NCBI RefSeq assembly: GCF_006345805.1 | Contig: NC_043007.1 | Span: forward strand, 24,924,001-24,988,000 | DNA: 64,000 nt | Direction of reading: 5' to 3' | Source: Octopus sinensis | Taxonomy: Eukaryota | Shown here: positions 55,406 through 64,000 of the stretch, in pieces | How the letters are laid out: every line of letters starts with the position of its first letter | Position numbering within the stretch: position 1 is the stretch's first letter | Position numbers and translations under genes: made by a program | Notes under the pieces: model-generated | Seen by the model: the letters and a program-made list of their open reading frames with translations, nothing else | Databases searched by the model: none | Told to the model about the DNA's origin: nothing

Positions 55406-55997
55406 CATATGTATATATATATATATATATATGCATATGTATATATAGATATATGATAGATATATGTGCATAATATATATGTTAATATATATATGTGTGT
55501 ATATGTATGTATGCATATAGTTAAGGTAGATAGATAGATAGATAAATAGATAGATAGATAGAGATATACACATGTGTATGTGTGTGTATATGCACATACA
55601 TATGTGTATACACACATATGTATGTATGTATAGAGAGAGGGAGAGAGAGATAAAGAGAAAGAGATATTAAAGACACATAGGCACACACACGAAAAAATAT
55701 AGTTGTAATATATCCCTGCAGAGATTGTTGCTGTTTTCTTTCTCACTGATAAATCGCTAACTTCAGAAATCAATCCAGATACTAAAAGCGAGATAAAAGC
55801 AAGGATGTTGTGCATGTGTATGTATATGTGCACGTATACACATGCACACACAACCACACAGTACAGTATGTATATCAAGAAGGGTATCCAGGCATAGAAA
55901 CCATACCTAAGAAGACATTGGAGTATAATGCAGTCTTTGCACTTATCAGATCCTGTCAAACTCTCCAACCCATGGCAGCATGGAACATGGATGTTAA

Positions 55998-56028
<31 letters not shown>

Positions 56029-57237
56029 CGACGACGATGATGACGATGAAAATGATGATGATATATACTTTTCTTTTTTACTTGTTTCGGTCATTTGACT
56101 GTGGCCATGCTGGAGCATCGCCTTTAGTTGAGCAAATCGACCCCAGGAATTATTTTTTGTAAGCCTAGTATTTATAATATCAGTCTCTTTTTGCCGAACT
56201 GCTAAGTTACGGGGACGGAAACACACCAGCATTGGTTCTCAAGTGATGTTGGGGTAGACAAACACAGACACAACCATATAGACACACATACATATATATA
56301 TATACATATATATATGACGGGCTTCTTTCAGTTTCCATCTATTAAATCCACTCACAAGGTTTTGGTCGGCCCGAGGCTATAGTAGAAGACACTTGCCCAA
56401 GGTGCCACACAGTGGGACTGAACCCAGAACCATCTGGTTGGTAAGCAAGCTACTTACCACACAGCCACTCCTGCGCCTACTATATAGCAAAAGCCATTTG
56501 CTTCCCACTGCTGGGTAAAAGTTGTTTAGTTGTACCATGGATTTTATAATAAAAACATATCATTTAAAGCTTTAGAAAATCCATTATTGGTATTCTGCAT
56601 TTTTTTTTTTTTTTGCTTTTTGACTTTTCTCATTGCGGAAGTTTTGTTAAATATGTGAATCATATGTTATCTAATATTCTGGAGGTTTGATTTAACGCTT
56701 ATAGAATAATTGAACCAATCTCTGAGGCCACCATTTTTGTTTTGACTTTAAATTGATTTTCAGTATGTTATGAAGTCAATAAGGTTGTGAACCACTGACT
56801 GATTGATTGATTGATCGGCTGATCAATACATACATACATACATACATTCATACATACACACCATACATGCATGTATGCATACATACGTATATACACACCA
56901 TACATGCATGTGTACACAAACACATACCAGACAAACAATAACAGGCAAAAGGAATGTATTTATATGATAGAAAGTTGTGTGTATATGCTACATGATAGAA
57001 TCAAGGCTTGACCACATCATGTAGCTTGTACATGCAACTTTCTCATGTAAATATGTTTCTTACACTTGTTTTGGTTTGTCTGTCTTTTTTCTTCCTTATC
57101 CACATGAAGATCGTTATTCTAGCCTACTTCATTAACTCCGCACTACTTAACACTGACAAAGAAGTTGGAGTTTAAGATTTTGATTTCTCTGAGCACAACT
57201 TAATGACTATCCATGCCAAGTATTTTATCACCTATTC

Positions 57238-57279
<42 letters not shown>

Positions 57280-57885
57280 GCAGGAGTGGCTGTGTGGTAA
57301 GCAGCTTGCTAACCAACCACATGGTTCCGGGTTCAGTCCCACTGCGTGGCATCTTCGGCAAGTCTTCTGCGATAGCCCCGGGTCGACCAATGCCTTGTGA
57401 GTGGATTTGGTAGACGGAAACTGAATGAAGCCTGTTGTATATATGTATATATATATATATGTGGGGGGGGGAGGGGGTTGTGTGTCTGTGTTTGTCCCCC
57501 AACATCGCTTGACAACCGATGCTGGTGTATTTACGTCCCCGTAACTTAGCCGTTCGGCAAAAGAGACCGATAGAATAAGTACTGGGCTTACAAAGAATAA
57601 GTCTCGGGGTCGATTTGCTCGACTAAAGGCGGTGCTCCAGCATGGCCGCAGTCAAATGACTGAAACAAGTAAACAAGTAAAAGAATATATATCATCATCA
57701 TCATCATCGTCTAACGTCTGCTTTCCATGCTAGCATGGGTTGGACGATTTGATTGAGGACTGGTGAACCAGAAGGCTACACCAGGCTCCAATCTTGATCT
57801 GGCAGAGTTTCTACAGCTGGATGCCCTTCCTAACGCCAACCACTCTCGGAGTGGTTGGCGTTAGGAAAAACATTTTTCTGTGTGT

Positions 57886-57944
57886 ATTCCACTGATGAGG
57901 CAAAACATTCCTAAGTGCAAAGCCAGAAACCTGGGATCTGGAAT
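57886..57944 (+). ncRNA. Type I hammerhead motif, slightly degenerate
   Basis: ATTCCA-CTGATGA-GGC...GCC-a-GAAA-cctggga-TC-TGGAAT; stem I perfect, one extra A before GAAA, stem III imperfect. Confidence 0.6.
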
Positions 57945-58177
57945 TATCCAGTAATTTTTTACTAGTTTCATCTTGTCTCTTTGTCTTCTCTCCGTGTTGC
58001 TATAGTGACACTTAAGGTGGTTTTAGAGTCAGATCATGGCTGCTATTTTCAGCATGGTGGTATCTTGTAGATACCCTAATTTATAATTTTAATAATTATT
58101 ACCTTTGAAGGTTATTTTTTCCATGCTGGCCACTTGATAAGATCATTATTTTATTTTAATTAACGATCTTATCCTTA

Positions 58178-58239
<62 letters not shown>

Positions 58240-58828
58240 TATTAATAATGGGAATATATTCAACATTTAACACCAATGCACATATTTAGCCCAGGGGGCT
58301 AAATAGCAGTAGCATTCTTCCCTTTCCTGGGACTGCCACATTAAATTGGCAACAAACCATAACTTTATTGTGCTGCTACTGTATAAGTCTCTCTGGGAGA
58401 TTTAGAGATGCAATACTTCTAATAATACTTTGTAAGGTGCATAAAACTCCATGTATCTATGATATTTTCAGTCAGAAATATTTTTGTGAAACTGTCGTAT
58501 GTGGGACTTACTACACTTTTGAAAAATGCTAAACCGTTGTACTACACTTTGACAATCTTCATATCTTAGCATCTGAAGCAGCTGGAGATACAATAGCTTG
58601 ACCAAAAGAACCGGCTATTGCAAGCAAAATTAAATATTGAAAAAAATGCATTTGGGTAAATTTGGACATATGACAGTTTAACATAATAGCAATGATATAT
58701 AGTCACTCCAAATAAATGAATAATAAAATTCACAGACAAGAGGACGTTTACAAGGAATGTATTTGTTTGACACTCAGTAAAAACAGAGTGTCTTTGACAT
58801 TTTAAGCATAGCTCTTCATCAGAAAGGA

Positions 58829-59301
58829 TTCTAGTCAATATTAAGTGACTAGAATCCTTCGATGACATCTGTCTACGCCACATCCTTTGTGTCCGATGGC
58901 ATCACTTTGCACCAACAATTCGGTGCGACACCAGTGCAAAATCACCTCCCTCTGACAAGTCATCCTAACGAGACGTCTGCGTTGGCTGGGTCATGCCCTC
59001 CGTCGTCAACCAGGAGAATTCAACTATGAAGCAATTGCCCCAGCTCCCCTTCAGGGTTGGTGAAAGCGATGTGGTGGACAACGAAAAACCTGGCTGATGA
59101 CGGTCAAGGCTGATCTGGAATCCAACCTAGGCCCCCATGTCTACAGCGTTCACCACTGGAATAAGGAGTGGTTGGAGATCATGCGGTTGTTAGCCTCAAA
59201 TCGCCAGGCCTGGTCGACGTTTGTGAGAGATGCAGCACTGAGGATGAATGAAGCCAGCTCAACCCACCCCGGGTGGATGCTGTCTCAAGACAAGTCAAAA
59301 G
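58829..59301 (+). mobile_element. 5'-truncated RTE-type LINE (same family as 8432-8920)
   Basis: 16-bp TSD TCTTCATCAGAAAGGA at 58813-58828 and 59302-59317; CAAG(A/T) tail. Confidence 0.88.
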
Positions 59302-59582
59302 TCTTCATCAGAAAGGAGAAAAGGAAAAGTCTAAAGAAGGAAATGAAATCACCATCATGCATGACCATTTATTCTTCCTTGCACAAAAACAGTGGGCCAA
59401 GAGATTGGCCCAATTGTCTGAAAAGGGTTAAATCAGACCTATGCACTGCAATATCTAATAGCACATATACAACGTACTCGACTACAAAAAAAAAAAAAAA
59501 AAAATCTGAAGAATTTAGTGATGGTCTGTGTTGGCAAAATGAAGTTGAAGAATTTAACACTAAATACAAACTTTCCACTCAC

Positions 59583-59768
59583 CTTTGAAGCACCGACACT
59601 TATTGTTTCAAAATCCTCCAAATATTCTTCTAACTCATACTTTAGCACTTTGCGAAGTGTAGTTCCGGTGTCAGGGGTGAGATTGAAACTCACCAATTCT
59701 GACATGCGCTCCCAGTGACGTGACCTCATCCCAGGGTTACACATTATTGTTATTAGAGGAATGTTTTT
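59583..59768 (-). CDS. DNAH12: Dynein heavy chain exon 2 (KNIPLITIMCNPGMRSRHW...GASK)
   Basis: tttcag|AAA ... AAG|gtgagt; 186 nt; conserved NPGMR.RHW motif. Confidence 0.95.
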
Positions 59769-60749
59769 CTGAAATATAAAAGAGAAGAAGAGAAAAATAG
59801 GTCAACTAAGAATTACATCAATTTAAATATTCGTTAAGTAAATCTTTTATCATTTATCGTTTACTTGTTTCAGTCATTGGCTTGTGACCATACTGGAGCA
59901 CTGCCGCAAAGGACTTTAGTTGAAAAAGATCAACCCTAGTACTTTTTCTTTCTTTCTGTAAATCTGGTAGTTTTTCTGTTGGTCTCTTATGCCAAACTGC
60001 TGTGTTATGGAGATGTAAACAAACCAACACCAATTGTGAAGCAGTGGGGAGAAGAGAATGGACAAACACAGACACAACGTCTGCTCAACGATTAGCCAGA
60101 GATGATTCTTAAAATGAGAATATCTGAAACAAACTCAACTGCTCTCACAAATGAAAATACTAAAAATGAACCCGACTACTCTCAAAAATTTAGTAAAAAA
60201 TTTGGAAAAATAATCCCAAATCCTTGTTTGGTACCAGATTGATCCCAAAATCTAATCAGTTTGTGCCAGCCACAAGGCCAAACATCTCTGAAAGTTTCAT
60301 CTGAATCCATTCAGTGGTTCTTGAGATATCTTGTCCACGGGCAAACAAACAAACAAACACAACTGAAAACAATACCTCCTTCTTTGCTAAGGGGGGGGGG
60401 GGGTAATAATATATATCATTATCATTGCTGTTTTTTATATCTGCTTTTCTATGCTGGCATGGATTATAATGACAGTAATAGAGTTGAAATTTTGATGATG
60501 GTGGTTGTGATAGTGGAAATGGTGATGCTACTCATAATAATCCAACAGTAAAAAACCATGCTAAAACTGATGTTGCCCGTGCTGGTGCTACATAAAAAGC
60601 ACTCAGTCCACTCTGCAGAACGGTTGGGGTTAGGAAGGGCATCCAGCCATAAAAACCACACCAAAACAGACAGCAAAGCATGGTGCAGTCTTCTACCTAG
60701 CCAGCTCCTGTCAAACTGTCCAACCCATGCCAGCATGGAAAACGGACAT

Positions 60750-61485
60750 TTGATGATGATGATGATGATGCTAACCATGATGTCGATGATGATGATGATG
60801 CTAACCATGATGTCGATGATGATGATGATGCTAACCATGATGTCGATGATGATGATGCTAACCATGATGTCGATGATGATGATGATGATGCTAGCCATGA
60901 TGTCGATGATGATGATGATGCTAACCATGATGTCGATGATGATGCTAACCATGATGCCAATGATGATGACGATGCTAACCATGATGTCGAATATGATGAT
61001 ACTAACCATGATGTCGATGATGATGATGCTAACCATCATGTCGATGATGATGATGCTAACCATCATGTCGATGATGATGATGCTAGCCATGATGTCGATG
61101 ATGATGCTAACCATCATGTCGATGATGATGCTAACCATGATGCCGATGATGATGACGATGCTAACCATGATGTCGATGATGATGATGATGCTAACCATGT
61201 TGATGATGACGATACTAACCATGATGTCGATGATGATGATGATGCTAACCATGATAATGACAATGCTAACCATGATGATTACGATGCTAACCATGATGAT
61301 GATGATGATGCTAACCATGATGTCGATGATGATGATGATGCTAACCATGATAATGACAATGCTAACCATGATGATGCTGATGATGATGCTAACCATGATG
61401 TCGATGATGATGATGATGCTAACCATGATGATGACAATGCTAACCATGATGATGATGATTATAATTATGACAACGACAATGATGA
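60750..61485 (+). repeat. (GAT)n-derived minisatellite, unit (GAT)n-GCTAACCATGATGTC of about 24-33 bp
   Basis: Continues directly from the (GAT)n tail of a family C element. Confidence 0.95.
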
Positions 61486-61506
61486 ATAAAGTCACTGTTG
61501 CCTTAC

Positions 61507-61777
61507 CTTGAATTGTTTCAGTTCCTCCAGCACCGTATCACACACCCTGGGTCCTACAGGTAGATGCAGCTCCTCTTCAGGCTCCACCTCTTCTTCTTCC
61601 ACTACCATCATTCTCCTCTTTTTCTTCTTCTCCCTCTCCCGCTCATCCTTCTCCATCACCAGTTTCTTTTCCTTTGTCTTGAATATTTTATGCAGCTTAT
61701 AAATCTCTCGAGTAAACTCTTCCACACCTTTTTCAACATCGTCGGAATTCAGCTCCAGGAATGACCCATCCATCCAC
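61507..61777 (-). CDS. DNAH12: Dynein heavy chain exon 1 of window (WMDGSFLEL...LKQFK)
   Basis: tag|G TGG ATG ... AAG|gtaagg; 271 nt; ends phase 0. Confidence 0.9.
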
Positions 61778-64000
61778 CTACAATCACAGCAATTCTTGGA
61801 TATTAACAAAATGGATGGACACGATGAAGGCTAAAGATCCTTCTCATGTCATATAGAGTCATAAGATCAGTTTCCCAGTTTCTGTGACATATATATAATC
61901 CCTTGCCCTAGTTCATTACAAGATTAAACATTTTTTGTCAACTGAGTGGACTGGAGCAACATGAAGTCTAGTGATTCGTTCAAAAACACAACACATCACC
62001 TGGTCCAGGAATTGAAATTGCAATCTTAGGATTAGGAGTCCAACACCCTAACCACTAAGCCACACAACTGCACTTGAAGGGACAGGACCAATGTGAAACA
62101 AATATTTTTGTGCAAGAACACAAAGCATCGCCCCGTCCAGGAATTGAAATCACAATCTTAGGATTATGAGCCCAAAACCCTAACCACTCAGTTTTGTGCT
62201 TCTACTTGACATAGACTGGAGCAATGTGAAATAAAGTGATTCAGTTGTGGTAATAATTACTGTTATTAATACTACTCACAGTAAGGTAGTGAGCTAGCAG
62301 AATCATTAGAGTGAAGGCGGCGAGCTGGCAGAAACGGTACCACGAAGGGCGAAATGCTTAGCGGTATTTCGTCTGCCGTTACGTTATGAGTTCAAATTCC
62401 GCCGAGGTCGACTTTGCCTTTCATCCTTTCGGGGTCGATAAATTAAGTACCAGTTATGCACTGGGATCGATGTATTCGACTTAATACCTATGTCTGTCCT
62501 TGTTTGTCCCCTCTGTGTTTAGCCCCTTGTGGGTAATAAAGAAATAGGTATTTCGTCTGCTGCTATGTTCTGAGCTCGAATTCCGCCGAGGTCAACTTTG
62601 CCTTTCATCCTTCCGGGGTCGATTAAGTAAGTACCAGTTATGCATTGGGGTCGATATAATCTATTTCTTTATTGCCCACAGGGGGCTAAACATAGAGGGG
62701 ACAAACAAGAACAGACAAAGGGATTAAGTCAATTACATCGACCCCAGTGCGTAACTGGTACTTATTTAATCGACCCCGAAAGGATGAAAGGCAAAGTCGA
62801 CCTCGGCGGAATTTGAACTCAGAAAGTAGCGGCAGACGAAATACGGCTACACATTTCGCCCGGCGTGCTAACAGTTCTATCCTTGTTTGTCCCCTCTGTG
62901 TGTAGCCCTTGTGGGCAGTAAAGAAATAAGAAGCATTAGAGTGCTGGCCGAAATGCTTAGCGGTATTTCCCTCGTTGTTATGTTGTGAGTTTAAATTCTA
63001 CCAAGGTCAACTTTACCTTTCATCCTTTCGGGGGTCAATAAAAATAAGTACCAGTCGAACACTGGGATTGATGTAATCGACTAATCCCCTCCCCCAAAAT
63101 TACTGCAGTTGTGGCAAAATTTGAAACCATTATTACCAACCACACTTATTTCCATCATCTTACCAACCAGTCAAAAAAGAGGCTCTGGAAGGGTATTTAA
63201 ATATGGCTGACTCTTGATCAACAAGATTCACGACTACAACAAATAATGCTGGATACCATACCTCTGTTCTTAGAAGAGTAAAACCTATCTATCGCTAACC
63301 ATTTCCAATCTTCTTATTCAATAATCTCACCAGTTCAATAACCAGAATTACTACATTGGTCAAGAACACAATGCATTGTCTGGACCAGGAATTGAAATGG
63401 AAATCTTAGGATTGTAAGCACAACACCATAACCACTAAGCTATGAGTTTCCACTTGAGTGAACTGGAGCAATGTGAAATAAAGTGTTTTGCTCAGAAACA
63501 CAACGCGTCACTTGGTCCAGGAATCGAAATCGCAATCTTAGGATCTTGAATCCAACACTCTAACCACTAAGCCATGCACCTCCACAGCAAAACAGAAAGT
63601 TTAAAAAGCAAAAAGCCAACATAAGCAACCCTCTTTCAAAACAAGCAAGTGAACTCTGAACTAAAGCAGGGGTTCCCAAATTCAAATAAATTTATATCCT
63701 CACACCTGGGGTAAATTTGATGATTCTGGCTTTTTCTTTATTTTCCGAGTTGAAATGTTGCCAAAGTCAACTTTCTCTTTCATCCTTTCAGAGGCAATAA
63801 AATAAGTACCAGTTGTGCACTGGGGTAATATAATTGGCTAGTCTCCTAGTTTATTTTCTGTCTTATATTTGATAAAAGGAAGCTTTCCCGAAACTAATAG
63901 AAGCATTAAACAAGCTATGTAGAGTGAAACATTATCTTGTCTTTGTCATTACTTTGAGGTCATATTAAAAATATTTGTGTATACACACACACACACACGC

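Noticed and set aside
60464-61511. 317-aa poly-Met and 343-aa poly-Ile ORFs
   Set aside because: Translations of the GAT minisatellite; triplet-based units keep frames open by default
61778-64000. A further upstream dynein exon
   Set aside because: Donor-like sites near 63160 and 63260 have in-frame stops and no dynein-like peptide

Overview
Eukaryotic, AT-rich, repeat-dense genomic DNA; the SINE families look like those of octopus/coleoid cephalopods (inference from recollection). The whole window lies inside one minus-strand axonemal dynein heavy chain gene, most like DNAH12. I trace 13 consecutive GT-AG exons (61777 to 752, 2986 nt, about 995 codons, all phases compatible) covering the distal tail/linker, AAA1 ([14 protein letters not shown]) and AAA2 ([13 protein letters not shown]). 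Both gene ends lie outside the window. Introns hold at least four SINE families, RTE, CR1-like and R4-like LINE fragments, Penelope-like remnants, a Helitron, DINE-1/Helentron-like elements, hAT-like and piggyBac-like MITEs, and large tandem arrays. Most notable: (i) type I hammerhead ribozyme motifs linked to Penelope-like remnants, one apparently intact and in the pre-mRNA sense (10515-10578); (ii) a 294-bp near-perfect palindrome whose arms both end at a hammerhead cleavage site; (iii) an RTE copy with a 5' inversion; (iv) a 6.6-kb 95-bp satellite and two other expansions that appear to derive from one SINE family; (v) a ~420-bp direct duplication bracketing the AAA1 exon. Nearly all other ORFs in the track are repeat artefacts.
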